Origin: an uncultured Collinsella sp. | Lineage (GTDB): Bacteria > Actinomycetota > Coriobacteriia > Coriobacteriales > Coriobacteriaceae | Direction of reading: 5' to 3' | DNA: 64,000 bases | Assembly (NCBI GenBank): GCA_902490445.1 | Contig: CABUDZ010000001.1 | Coordinates: forward strand, 496 to 64,495 | In this document: one piece after another, positions 1 through 9,557 of the stretch | Position numbering within the stretch: the stretch's first letter is position 1 | Layout: the number at the start of each line of letters is the position of its first letter | Program-made: the position numbers and the translations under genes | The notes under the pieces: generated by a model | Told to the model about the DNA's origin: nothing | Seen by the model: only the letters and a program-made list of their open reading frames with translations | Databases searched by the model: none

Positions 1-2172
1 CTCGCCGCGCGGCACCAGACGGTAACAAGCCAGCGCCAGGTCGAGCTGATCGCAATTCCAATAGGCAAACGCCAAGCGATAGAACAGGTAGCCGATTGCA
101 GAACGATCGCTGGCAATACGTAGGCCGTGGCGCGCCACCTCGATAATCTCGTCAAAGCGCTCCAGACGCGCAAGCACGTTGATGAGCGCAAAGTGCGGCT
201 GCATGGACGAGCGCGCCAGATCGTAAAGATGGCGCACCTCGGGCAGTGCTCGTTCAAAGTCCTCTTGCTCGGCGTAAAAGCTGCAGATCTCGTGCTGGGC
301 AAAGTACAGCGCATCGGGCGCACGAAGGATTCGCACAGAGCGGTCTTCTTCCAACACCGGTAGCACCATGCGCACCAGCTGGTTATCGCAAAACTGCGTT
401 TGAACCGGACCTGTCGCCAAAAGCTCGGCGACGGCGCACTTAGCCTCCAACTCCTCAACAAGACGGGAAAAGCCTTCAAAAGCACCTGTACGGTCGACTT
501 TTGCCTGCTCGCGCAATTCAACAACACGGGCCACGTATGGGTCGTCGTCCTCTTCCATGACCTCCAGCTCGTCAGCCGTATCGGCAAGCAGCAGATCGCG
601 CAGCGCCGGCGGCAGCATGCGATGGTCATCACGCGGACGAGCATGAACCTCCGCCGGCTCAATCGTCTCCGGAGCGGTTGACTCATACGCCTCAAGCACA
701 CGCTTGCACGGCATATCGTCCATGTCCATGCTCTCAAGATCCTTGGCGACAGGCACGCAATCGGCCAGATAGGCCGCACGCCCAAAGAAATACGTTGCGA
801 CAACGCACTCGCCCTGCTCACTGTCGGGAGCAGCAATCTGCACATAGCAGCGCGTGATGCAGGTGCCCGCGGCAAAACACGCTGCCGCAAGCGTGAGCGC
901 CACGCGCGCATCGTGCTCCGCGGCCCAGATCGTGCGCGTGTCCTCGTCCAGCTCGTGCCAGGCGTCATCTTGAGCGTCGTATTCACGTTGCGGCATGGCA
1001 TCAACGACAGACTGCCCAAACCGAACGAGCATAATCCCCTCGGCAACGTTTGCCCGATAGGTATAGTCGAGCCGCGTGACCACGTTAAGCGCCTCGACAA
1101 TACGCGCGAAGCGGGTACGCACATCCCACTCACCGCCCGGCTGGCAAGCCACCGTACCCGGTTTGCCCCACGGGTTATCGCTCGAGGCCGTATCAAGCAG
1201 TCGGGGAACATCGTTGGTCGTCTTGGCGATATGCCACGCATCAAAGAGCGCGCAGCCCTCAAGGCTCGGCGAGGATGCCGCAGGGACCAATCCGGCCCCG
1301 ATGTGCTCAAGGATGCCGGAGAGACGGTTAAGACGGCACTCGATGGCAAGCAGCATGTCAATCTCGTCCTGGTCCAGCAGGCTGCGATCAAAATTGAGAT
1401 AGAAAAGCTTTGAGCGATCGATGCGAGCCAGGCTCATCTCGGACTTAGCGGCGATGGTGCGCAAGCGAGGCAAGTCAATTTCACTCATAAGGGCGGCGGC
1501 ATAGCGCTCGATACCGCTCGGATTCTCGGCATGGTCAACGCGGTAGAGCAGTGTCTCGATAGCGTCAGGTAGCGGTGTCGTGTTAAAGCCCAAAAACACC
1601 TCGACCGGCTCGGGCAACTTTACGAGCTTGATCTTGTCGACAACGTTTTGCATACCCTCGTCGAGTCCGTCGGCGTCCGCCGTGCTCGCAATGGTATTTT
1701 CGGAGTCAGCGAATATCACGTAGCGCAGGAACATCGATGCCATGAACTCACCGTAAGGAAGGGAGCGGGTCGAATTCCATGTCTCGTGATCGGACTGTTC
1801 GCGCATGGGACCTTCGGGAGAGCCGACGGTTCGCGCGCACGCGCGCATCGTGCCGTTTGCTCCCCTCACCATAATCTCACCAATACCGGAGTCCGACTCG
1901 TCAAGGACCAGTTCCATGTCGGGATCGTTGGGCAGCGGAGCCTCGCTGACGGGGCGGTCCACCTTGTACACCTCACCCGAAACGCTTACGTAGCCCAAAA
2001 GCGACACATGGCTTTTGCCAACGAATTCGACGACATAACAAGATTCATGCTGATCCTCGCCAAAGAGTTTCCAGACCACGCCATATGAGCGTCCCGCAGG
2101 CTGCTCGGGCATCGCCGGAAAGCGCTTCTTGGGATCGAGAAACCTGAGCTTGTATGTCGGACGCTCTGCCAC
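1..2172 (-). CDS. Large hypothetical protein with TPR-like helical C-terminal region; runs off the left edge of the window
   Basis: Manual translation shows a stop-free frame from GTG at 2172 (VAERPTYKLRF...) to base 1 (...YLFYRLAFAYWNCDQLDLALACYRLVPRGE). It is absent from the ORF track because it has no stop in the window. Confidence 0.75.
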   Translation of the reverse strand, partial: MAERPTYKLRFLDPKKRFPAMPEQPAGRSYGVVWKLFGEDQHESCYVVEFVGKSHVSLLGYVSVSGEVYKVDRPVSEAPLPNDPDMELVLDESDSGIGEIMVRGANGTMRACARTVGSPEGPMREQSDHETWNSTRSLPYGEFMASMFLRYVIFADSENTIASTADADGLDEGMQNVVDKIKLVKLPEPVEVFLGFNTTPLPDAIETLLYRVDHAENPSGIERYAAALMSEIDLPRLRTIAAKSEMSLARIDRSKLFYLNFDRSLLDQDEIDMLLAIECRLNRLSGILEHIGAGLVPAASSPSLEGCALFDAWHIAKTTNDVPRLLDTASSDNPWGKPGTVACQPGGEWDVRTRFARIVEALNVVTRLDYTYRANVAEGIMLVRFGQSVVDAMPQREYDAQDDAWHELDEDTRTIWAAEHDARVALTLAAACFAAGTCITRCYVQIAAPDSEQGECVVATYFFGRAAYLADCVPVAKDLESMDMDDMPCKRVLEAYESTAPETIEPAEVHARPRDDHRMLPPALRDLLLADTADELEVMEEDDDPYVARVVELREQAKVDRTGAFEGFSRLVEELEAKCAVAELLATGPVQTQFCDNQLVRMVLPVLEEDRSVRILRAPDALYFAQHEICSFYAEQEDFERALPEVRHLYDLARSSMQPHFALINVLARLERFDEIIEVARHGLRIASDRSAIGYLFYRLAFAYWNCDQLDLALACYRLVPRGE

Positions 2173-2334
2173 GAAATATCACCCTGATCGGTCGCTTGAG
2201 AAGGAGTGGTCGCGAATAAGTCGCGACATCTACTCGGAATCTTACACGAGTCGACAGGAAATCGTCCCTTTGGACAAAAGCACTCAAGCTGGCGCAAAAG
2301 AAAAGCCCCCGTTGCCGGGAGCTTTAATCTCAAA

Positions 2335-2411
2335 TGGTGCGGCGTATAGGATTCGAACCTATGACGTTCTGATTCGTAGTCAGACCCTCTATCCAGCTGA
2401 GGTAACGCCGC
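2335..2411 (-). tRNA. tRNA-Arg(ACG), copy 1
   Basis: Cloverleaf GCGGCGTTACCTCAGCTGGATAGAG...CTACGAA...GGTTCGAATCC...GCCGCACCA, followed by a hairpin plus U-tract. Confidence 0.97.
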
Positions 2412-2575
2412 AACGCACGGATTATTATGCACGCGAGCCCCCGATGGGTCAAGCGACAATTAGAAAAAATTTTACGGAGTGATAATTAAGTTGTTCGTGC
2501 CTCGACCGAGGTTCGAATCCATGCGGCGTCCGCCTAAAAGAAAAGCCCCCGTTGCCGGAGGCTTTCAATTTCAAT

Positions 2576-2652
2576 TGGTGCGGCGTATAGGATTCGAACC
2601 TATGACGTTCTGATTCGTAGTCAGACCCTCTATCCAGCTGAGGTAACGCCGC
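2576..2652 (-). tRNA. tRNA-Arg(ACG), copy 2 (identical)
   Basis: Same 77-nt sequence as 2335-2411, with a near-identical downstream terminator. Confidence 0.97.
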
Positions 2653-2782
2653 AGCGCAAGACATATAAAACCACTTAAGCTTATTGGAGTCAAGCACAAT
2701 TTCAAACTTTTTTGTGGAACGCAGTCTTGTCATGCTGCTCCGCATATACCGCCATTCCCCGTACGATCGATTGGCTTTTCGA

Positions 2783-3106
2783 TCACGTCAACTTAGCATC
2801 AAGTTCCCTCAGGAGCGATCTCACCCGCTGGGCACAATCATAATCGGCAAACGAGATGCTCAACATGCGAGCAACCTGATTAGATGTCTGGACCCCATAG
2901 AAATGCTCTAGGGCCACAAGCCCCTCGTGCGCCACAAACGCCTCAACCACATGAGGCGACTCCTCGTAGCACCATTGCGTCAACGGCCCCTCGCTCGTCT
3001 GTCGAACCACCAGGCCACCCATGCCAGACGGCTCACACGTCACAAGCAGGTACTCCCCGCCCTCGTCGCTCTCAAACAAAACCACCCGATCATCAAACAG
3101 CTCCAT
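2783..3106 (-). CDS. Hypothetical protein (107 aa)
   Basis: ORF with AGGGG RBS and plausible protein composition. Confidence 0.65.
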   Translation of the reverse strand: MELFDDRVVLFESDEGGEYLLVTCEPSGMGGLVVRQTSEGPLTQWCYEESPHVVEAFVAHEGLVALEHFYGVQTSNQVARMLSISFADYDCAQRVRSLLRELDAKLT

Positions 3107-3225
3107 CGCGTCCCCTTTCTCTCGCTCTTATTTAGCAAAAGCATAGCAGGTAGATGGCTGTATACAGAACAGTTGTTCGTGTGTTTTCTATTGAGCTGTC
3201 CGCACAGCATGGTATGGCCGCACAC

Positions 3226-3254
3226 AAAAAGGGCACCCCAAAAAGGAGTGCCCT
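3226..3254 (-). terminator. Rho-independent terminator of serS
   Basis: GGGCAC/GTGCCC stem followed by a T-tract on the minus strand. Confidence 0.7.
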
Positions 3255-3277
3255 AGCAAATCGCTTATGCAGCCAAT

Positions 3278-4561
3278 CTACGCGACCGGCTCGATCTTCT
3301 CGAGGCCGCCCATGTAGGGACGCAGAACCTCGGGGATCGTGATGGTGCCGTCAGCGTTCTGGTAGTTCTCCAGAATGGCTGCCATGGTACGGCCAGCCGG
3401 CAGACCGGAACCGTTGAGGGTGTGCAGATAGCGCGAACCCTTGAAGTTCTCGGGGTCGCGATACTTGATGTTGGCGCGACGGGCCTGGAAGTCACCGCAG
3501 TTGGAGCAGGAGCTGATCTCCTTGTAGGCGTTGTAGCTCGGCAGCCAGACCTCGACGTCGTAGGTCTGACGGGCGGAGAAGCCCAGGTCGCCGGTGCACA
3601 GGCTAATCACGCGATACGGAAGACCCAGCTGCTGCAGCAGGAACTCGGCCTCGGCGGTCATGCTCTCGAGCTCCTCGTCGGACTCCTCCGGCTTGGCAAA
3701 CTTGACCATCTCGACCTTGTCGAACTCGTGCTGGCGAATGATGCCGCGGGTATCGCGACCAGCGGAGCCGGCCTCCTCGCGGAAGCAGGGGGTGAAGGCG
3801 GTGTAGCGGCGCGGCAGGGTATCGGCGTCGAGGACCTCACCGGCGTGCAGGTTGGTGAGCACGACCTCGGCGGTGGGGATCAGGAAGTTGTCGCCCGAGA
3901 CGTGATAGGCGTCGTCCTCGAACTTGGGCAGCTGACCCGTACCGAACATGGTCTGACGCTTGACGACGATGGGCGGCCACCACTCCTTAAAGCCACGACT
4001 CGTGTGCGTGTCCAGGAAGAAGTTGATAAGGGCGCGCTCCAGGCGGGCGCCGGCGCCACCGAGAACGGTGAAGCGGCTGCCGGAGAGCTTGTTGCCACGC
4101 TCGAAGTCGAGGATGTCCAGATCGGTGCCCAGATCCCAGTGCGGCTTAAAGTCGAAGTCGAACTCGCGCGGGGTGCCCCAACGACGGCGCTCGATGTTCT
4201 CGTCCTCGTCCTTGCCGTACGGCGTGGCCTCGCAAGGAATGTTGGGCAGGTGAGCCATGAAGTCGTACTGCTCCTGCTCGAGGGCGGTGCGGCGCTCGGC
4301 CAGACCGTCAATCTTCTCGTTGACGGCGCGCACGGCCTCTTTGGCGGCCTCGGCCTCGTCCTTCTTGCCCTCCTTCATCAGGGCGCCGATCTTCTTGGAC
4401 TCGGCATTGCGCGTGGCTTGAAGTTCCTCAACCTCAGTGATGACGGCACGACGCTCGTCGTCGAGCTCAAAGAACTTCTCGCGATCCCAAGACGTCTGGC
4501 GGTTAGCCATGGCGACATCGATGGCATCGGGGTTCTCGCGAACAAACTTGATATCAAGCAT
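3278..4561 (-). CDS. serS: Serine--tRNA ligase
   Basis: [10 protein letters not shown] start, [40 protein letters not shown] and HTLNGSG motifs; GGAGGA RBS. Confidence 0.98.
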   Translation of the reverse strand: MLDIKFVRENPDAIDVAMANRQTSWDREKFFELDDERRAVITEVEELQATRNAESKKIGALMKEGKKDEAEAAKEAVRAVNEKIDGLAERRTALEQEQYDFMAHLPNIPCEATPYGKDEDENIERRRWGTPREFDFDFKPHWDLGTDLDILDFERGNKLSGSRFTVLGGAGARLERALINFFLDTHTSRGFKEWWPPIVVKRQTMFGTGQLPKFEDDAYHVSGDNFLIPTAEVVLTNLHAGEVLDADTLPRRYTAFTPCFREEAGSAGRDTRGIIRQHEFDKVEMVKFAKPEESDEELESMTAEAEFLLQQLGLPYRVISLCTGDLGFSARQTYDVEVWLPSYNAYKEISSCSNCGDFQARRANIKYRDPENFKGSRYLHTLNGSGLPAGRTMAAILENYQNADGTITIPEVLRPYMGGLEKIEPVA

Positions 4562-4672
4562 TAGATCCTCCGGCGATATACATTCCATTTAGGTTGCAAC
4601 CTTGTACATGTATGGGCAAGTATATACTTATGAGCGTTTACGACCCAACTCAACTACGCAAGAAGGCACCCA

Positions 4673-4846
4673 ATGGACGCAGTTTTTTCCTTTTTGTTTG
4701 GCACCCGCACCGGTTTTGCCATCCTTTTCGCCGGCGGCATCCTGCTGTTTGCGATTATTGCCTTTGTAATGGAGAAGCGCACCCATAAGATGTATGTCGA
4801 CCGCGGCCCCAAGTCCGAGGACGAAGAAGACAGCTTCTGGGACTAA
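4673..4846 (+). CDS. Small single-pass membrane protein (57 aa)
   Basis: MDAVFSFLFGTRTGFAILFAGGILLFAIIAFVMEKRTHKMYVDRGPKSEDEEDSFWD; AGAAGG RBS; below the ORF-track size cutoff. Confidence 0.75.
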   Translation: MDAVFSFLFGTRTGFAILFAGGILLFAIIAFVMEKRTHKMYVDRGPKSEDEEDSFWD

Positions 4847-4850
4847 CCTG

Positions 4851-4997
4851 CCAAAAAGGGACAGGTTTATTTTGGTCGGTTTTATCTGGGCAAACGCAAG
4901 TGCCCCGCAACTGGAATTGAGCCAGTTGCGGGGCACTTTTCGCTAAAAGGACAAAACCGCAGGAAAAACCTGCCAAAATAAACTGTCCCTTTTTTGG
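4851..4997. repeat. Intergenic palindromic element with imperfect outer arms and an inner hairpin (probable bidirectional terminator)
   Basis: CCAAAAAGGGACAGGTTTATTTTGG ... CCAAAATAAACTGTCCCTTTTTTGG arms; inner AAGTGCCCCGCAACTGG/CCAGTTGCGGGGCACTT. Confidence 0.75.
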
Positions 4998-5003
4998 TCG
5001 GTT

Positions 5004-5774
5004 TTACTGGAGGGTTGCGTCGATTGCCTTGACCAGGGCGCTGCGCATGCCGGCGTCCTCGAGTGCAACGACGCCCTTGATGGTGGCACCGCCGGGCGAG
5101 CATACGGCATCCTTCATCGCCGCAGGATGCTGGCCAGTTGCAAGCTGCAGCTTTGCCGTACCCAGCACCATCTGGCTCACAATGCGATAAGCATCCGCAC
5201 GCGGGATACCGTGCTTGACCGCCGCATCGCCCAGGGCCTCGATTGCCATGGCGACAAACGCCGGAGCGCAACCACCCACCGTGCCGCCCACAAACAGCAG
5301 GCTTGTGTCGAGCTCGACGACAGCGCCAAGCTTACCGAGCAGGTCGAGCACCACAGCACGCTGCTCGTCGTTAAGCGTCGAAGCCTTCTCGCAGGCGATG
5401 ACGCCCTCGCTCACCGAAACCGGCGTGTTGGGCACCGTCGAGATATGCGCGACGCCCGGCAGGACCTGCTCCCACTTGGCACTGTCCCAGGTCCAGGCAA
5501 CCGACAGAACGACCTTTTTGGCAAGAGCATCCTTGAGCGGGGCGAATACCTTCTCGATCATGTACGGTTTGACCGCAGCGACCACGATATCGGATGCGGC
5601 GACAACCTCGGCGGCATCGTGGCAGGCGACCATGCCGCGCACCTCGCAACGCTCGACCAAAGCATCGTAGCGGCCTGCGCAGGCGCACATGTCGCCCGCG
5701 GCCACGCCGGCGGCAATCCAGCCATCGGCCATAGCACTCGCCATATTGCCAAAACCGACAAATCCGATCTTCAT
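5004..5774 (-). CDS. proC: Pyrroline-5-carboxylate reductase
   Basis: GFVGFGNMA Rossmann motif, AVKP, PNTP, VCSPGGATIKG. Confidence 0.96.
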   Translation of the reverse strand: MKIGFVGFGNMASAMADGWIAAGVAAGDMCACAGRYDALVERCEVRGMVACHDAAEVVAASDIVVAAVKPYMIEKVFAPLKDALAKKVVLSVAWTWDSAKWEQVLPGVAHISTVPNTPVSVSEGVIACEKASTLNDEQRAVVLDLLGKLGAVVELDTSLLFVGGTVGGCAPAFVAMAIEALGDAAVKHGIPRADAYRIVSQMVLGTAKLQLATGQHPAAMKDAVCSPGGATIKGVVALEDAGMRSALVKAIDATLQ

Positions 5775-5848
5775 ATCACACAGTCCTCTCAGATGCGTTC
5801 CTCAAAAACGAAAGTCATTGTCCCACGCTATTGTTTCGTATTGCCGAC

Positions 5849-6319
5849 CTACTTGTGATACGGCTCGCCACGACTGATCTTGCAGGCACGGTAAATCTGC
5901 TCTAGCAGCACCACACGCGCCAGGTTATGCGGCAAGGTAATGCGTCCAAAGCTGAGCATCTCGTCGGCGCGGGCGCGCACCTCATCACTCACGCCGTCCG
6001 AACCGCCGATTACAAAGGCAATGTCGCTGCTGCCTCGCAGCATAAGATCGTCGAGCCTCGCCGAAAACTCCTCGCTCGAGCGCTCCTTGCCCTCGATAGC
6101 CAGCAGGATCACATGCGCTCGAGATGGCAAGGCGGCAAGAATCGCCGCCCCCTCCTTGTCGCGCGCGGCATCCACGCCGCCCGCCTTAGCCGGGTCGATA
6201 TCGGCCACCTCGCGGATATCCACCTTGGCATAGGCACCTAGGCGCTTGGTGTACTCAGCGCACGCGTCCTTCCAAAAGCGCTCCTTGAGCTTACCGACGC
6301 AAACGACGGTGTATTTCAC
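5849..6319 (-). CDS. rlmH: 23S rRNA pseudouridine-1915 N3-methyltransferase
   Basis: VGKLKE start, FVIGGSDG, TLPHNLARVVLLEQIYRA...EPYHK. Confidence 0.97.
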   Translation of the reverse strand: MKYTVVCVGKLKERFWKDACAEYTKRLGAYAKVDIREVADIDPAKAGGVDAARDKEGAAILAALPSRAHVILLAIEGKERSSEEFSARLDDLMLRGSSDIAFVIGGSDGVSDEVRARADEMLSFGRITLPHNLARVVLLEQIYRACKISRGEPYHK

Positions 6320-6325
6320 GCGCGT

Positions 6326-7264
6326 CTACTCCTTCGAATCGTTTTGAACTTTGCCGGCGGCCAGCATCTGCTCGAACATCGAGGCCGACTGCGAAAAGTC
6401 GCTCGGCAGCACGACCGTCGAGGTTTTACCCGTGCGAGCGAACTCCGTCATCATCTCGGACCACTGCGTAAACATGAACAGTTGGTTGGCCTCGTCATTG
6501 CCGACACCCGTCTCCTGGATGATCTCGAGCGAATCTTTGATACCCAGCGCGATGGCCTTGCGCTGGTTGGCGATGCCCTCACCCGCCTTTTCCATAGCCT
6601 CGGCCTCGGCGGTCGCCTCGGTGACGCGCTTGATGCGGTCGGCCTCGGCGAGCTCCTGCGCGGCAGCGCGCTTGCGCTGGGCAGCGTTGATGTCGTTCAT
6701 GGAGTTCTCAACCTCGGTCGGCAGTGCGATTTTGGTGATGAGCGTCGACACGAGGGTGAAGCCGTAGGCGGCCATCTGCTCGGAAACGGTAGCGTTGACA
6801 TCCTTGGCGATGTCATCCTTCTTGGCAAAGACCTCATCGAGTGTGTAGACGGGGATGGAGGAGCGCAGGGCGTCGGTGATGAAGTCGCGCATCTGGTCGA
6901 CGGGCTCCTGCAGCATATAGTAGCTCTTGTAGATGCCCGAATCTGCCGGGCCGGCGCCCATGTCATAGCTCACGTGGTACTGAGCGGAGACCTCAAGGCC
7001 AATGGTCACGTTGTCTTGGGTCTTAACGTCGATGCCAAAACCATTTTTCATGGTGCGCAGACTCACCGTGGCGGCCTTGCGGTCAATCACGGGCACCTTC
7101 ACGTGGAAGCCCGCGTTGACGATACGATTGAACTTACCCAAGCGCTCGATGATCACAGCGTGCTGCTGCTCAACGACGTAGCAGGCGTTGGGGAGCAGCA
7201 ACAACAGGATGATGATGGGAATCAAAAGGCTGGTAAGGGCGGCGATGATACCGGAAAACAGCAT
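6326..7264 (-). CDS. SPFH/band 7 domain membrane protein
   Basis: N-terminal TM, IERLGKF, KTQDNV, coiled AEA repeats; AGAGGAG RBS. Confidence 0.93.
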   Translation of the reverse strand: MLFSGIIAALTSLLIPIIILLLLLPNACYVVEQQHAVIIERLGKFNRIVNAGFHVKVPVIDRKAATVSLRTMKNGFGIDVKTQDNVTIGLEVSAQYHVSYDMGAGPADSGIYKSYYMLQEPVDQMRDFITDALRSSIPVYTLDEVFAKKDDIAKDVNATVSEQMAAYGFTLVSTLITKIALPTEVENSMNDINAAQRKRAAAQELAEADRIKRVTEATAEAEAMEKAGEGIANQRKAIALGIKDSLEIIQETGVGNDEANQLFMFTQWSEMMTEFARTGKTSTVVLPSDFSQSASMFEQMLAAGKVQNDSKE

Positions 7265-7321
7265 GGTCTCTCCTCTGATAGGCACACGTTGGCATTAGGA
7301 TACCCGTCCAAGGAGATCGTG

Positions 7322-7570
7322 CATAACAAAAAAGCTCCCATTGCTGGGAGCTCTTTCAATCCATGGTGCTGGCGAAAGGACGTCCGCGTATCCGCTTCGC
7401 GGATCCGCACCGGCATCGGCCGCCTGCCGGCGTCCTCGCCAGCTCGCTAAAAACGCTCCGCGTTTTCTTTACGCTCGCTCCTTCACAGGTTCAAGTCCCT
7501 GCGACGGGCCCATAACAAAAAAGCTCCCATTGCTGGGAGCTCTTTCAATCAATGGTGCGGGCGAAAGGAC
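7322..7570 (-). repeat. 60-bp direct repeat (58/60) of the tRNA-Leu 3' end plus terminator, copies at 7322-7381 and 7511-7570
   Basis: Direct comparison of the two copies. Confidence 0.9.
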
Positions 7571-7639
7571 TTGAACCTTCATGGGGTTGCCCCCATACGG
7601 ACCTGAACCGTACGCGTCTGCCAATTCCGCCACGCCCGC
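7553..7639 (-). tRNA. tRNA-Leu(CAG)
   Basis: GCGGGCGTGGCGGAATTGGCAGACGCG...TTCAGGT anticodon loop, long variable arm, GGTTCAAGTCC, CCA end. Confidence 0.97.
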
Positions 7640-7682
7640 GTGCAGGAATTAGAATAACGGAGCGCCACCGCGAACGCAAGAA

Positions 7683-8600
7683 CTATTTTTGAAAAAGTTT
7701 GCAGGCATTTTCCCAAGCGGCATGCGCGATTGTTTCGGCGTCCTCACCAGTGCGATCGACACGGTCGTTAACCAGCGCGTTTGCCGTAATGGAGATCATT
7801 GCTGGCTCGCATTCAAGACCGCGAATGGGCTCCGGCGCCATATACGGGCAATCCGTCTCGAACAAAATGCGGTCGAGCGGGGTCGCCGCAAATGCCTCGC
7901 GCACGTCGTCGTTGCGCTTAAAGGTGGCCGCACCACCATAGGCGATATAGCAGCCCAGCTCCACAAAGCGCTCCATCGTGGCGCGGTCCTCGCCAAAGCA
8001 GTGCAGCACGCAACCGGCCTGAGGCACACCCACCTCGCGCAGCACGTTGTACGCATCCATATGCGAGGTGCGCTCCCCATCCGAGTCCTCGTGCCGCAGG
8101 TGCAGCTCCACCGGCACATTGCGGCGCACGGCAACTTCGAGCTGACGCGCCATGCAATCAATCTGCACACTGTGGGGCGCCGGCGCGATGTCGTCGTCGT
8201 AATCCATGTGGTAGTCCAGACCGATCTCGCCGATACCGGCGCACAAAGGGTCATCGAGCGCAGCAACAACCTGCGCGTGAATGTCATCGGTATAATCCGG
8301 CGCGCCATAGGGGTGAACGCCAGCGAGATACTTGATCTGCGGAATATCCCGCATCGGCAGAATTTCGCGCACGAGCCAGTCGCTATAGTCCGTCACGCTG
8401 CGCTTGTCGGCGATGGGGTCGAGCATCGTCACCAACAGGTCGACGCCCGCGGCTTTGGCGCGCACGAGCGTCTCGGGCACTTCTTTCCCCCAAAACGAAA
8501 GCAGATGCGCATGCGTGTCAGCAAGCGGTGCCAAGGGCACGGGACAAGCAACCGTCTTCTTTTTCTTGGTAAACGTCACGCGTTCGGCATTAGGCATCAT
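7683..8600 (-). CDS. tatD: TatD family hydrolase
   Basis: DTHAH, GVHP, GEIGLD, LHCF and ETDCPY motifs; start overlaps the rsmA end. Confidence 0.93.
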   Translation of the reverse strand: MMPNAERVTFTKKKKTVACPVPLAPLADTHAHLLSFWGKEVPETLVRAKAAGVDLLVTMLDPIADKRSVTDYSDWLVREILPMRDIPQIKYLAGVHPYGAPDYTDDIHAQVVAALDDPLCAGIGEIGLDYHMDYDDDIAPAPHSVQIDCMARQLEVAVRRNVPVELHLRHEDSDGERTSHMDAYNVLREVGVPQAGCVLHCFGEDRATMERFVELGCYIAYGGAATFKRNDDVREAFAATPLDRILFETDCPYMAPEPIRGLECEPAMISITANALVNDRVDRTGEDAETIAHAAWENACKLFQK

Positions 8601-9450
8601 GGATGAGCTCCTGAGCCAGGCGGATAAAGTCGGCAACATCAAGCGTTTCTGCGCGCGTGGTGGGTGCGATACCGCAAGCCTCAAAGGCGGCGTCGAGCAC
8701 GTCCTTGGCAAAGCCGTTGGCGCTCATGGAATTGCGGATGGTCTTGCGGCGCTGAGCAAATGCCGCATCAATCACGCGGGCCACAAACTCGCGATCGAGT
8801 CCTTCGGGCGCCACGCCGTCAACACGGTCGATACGCACGACGGCCGAGTCCACGTGCGGTGCCGGCATAAAGCAACGTGGCGGCACCTCAAAGCGACCCG
8901 TAACCTGCGCATACAGGCCGAGCTTTGCCGTGTAGCCGCCATAGGTCTTGTTACCCGGCACCGCGGCAATGCGATCGGCAACCTCCTTTTGAACCATGAC
9001 CACGGCACGCTTGAGCGCGGGCATCGTCTGGAAGAACTGCAGGATGATCGTCGCCGCCACGTTATAGGGCAGGTTCGCGACAAATACCGTCGGCTCACCG
9101 CCTGCAGCCTGCTCAATCTGCCCCGTCGTCACCTTGAGCGCGTCGCCCATGATAAAGCGGAAGTTGGCATAGTCGGCGGCATGGGCATCGAGCACCGGTT
9201 CGAGTTCGGGATCGGCCTCGATCGACGTGACGCACGCCGCCTCCTGCAGCAGCGCGAGCGTGAGCGTACCAACGCCCGGGCCAACCTCGAGCACGCGCTC
9301 ATCGCCCGTGAGCTCGGAAAGCTCGCAAATGCGCTCAATTACATGGTTGTCGATCAGGAAGTTCTGGCCCAGGCGATGCTTGGTCGCAAGGCCAAACTCC
9401 TCCAGCAGCTCCCTTGTTGCCGTGGGGTTTGCCAAAGGCGAAGTTGTCAT
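8590..9450 (-). CDS. rsmA: 16S rRNA adenine dimethyltransferase
   Basis: LGQNFLID, VLEVGPGVG, VANLPYN, QKEVADR. Confidence 0.97.
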   Translation of the reverse strand: MTTSPLANPTATRELLEEFGLATKHRLGQNFLIDNHVIERICELSELTGDERVLEVGPGVGTLTLALLQEAACVTSIEADPELEPVLDAHAADYANFRFIMGDALKVTTGQIEQAAGGEPTVFVANLPYNVAATIILQFFQTMPALKRAVVMVQKEVADRIAAVPGNKTYGGYTAKLGLYAQVTGRFEVPPRCFMPAPHVDSAVVRIDRVDGVAPEGLDREFVARVIDAAFAQRRKTIRNSMSANGFAKDVLDAAFEACGIAPTTRAETLDVADFIRLAQELIHDA

Positions 9451-9557
9451 AGTTGCCTCCTTAGCATGATGGCGGCGTCTTGAAACAAAAGGGCATGGAC
9501 CGTTGCGGCCATGCCCTTACATCTAAACAGCAAATTGCCGATATGGCGCGCGGCGTC

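Noticed and set aside
1986..2745. ORFs sharing the peptide AALPQLDRGSDYESERHRFESYTPH
   Set aside because: They are translations through the duplicated tRNA-Arg genes
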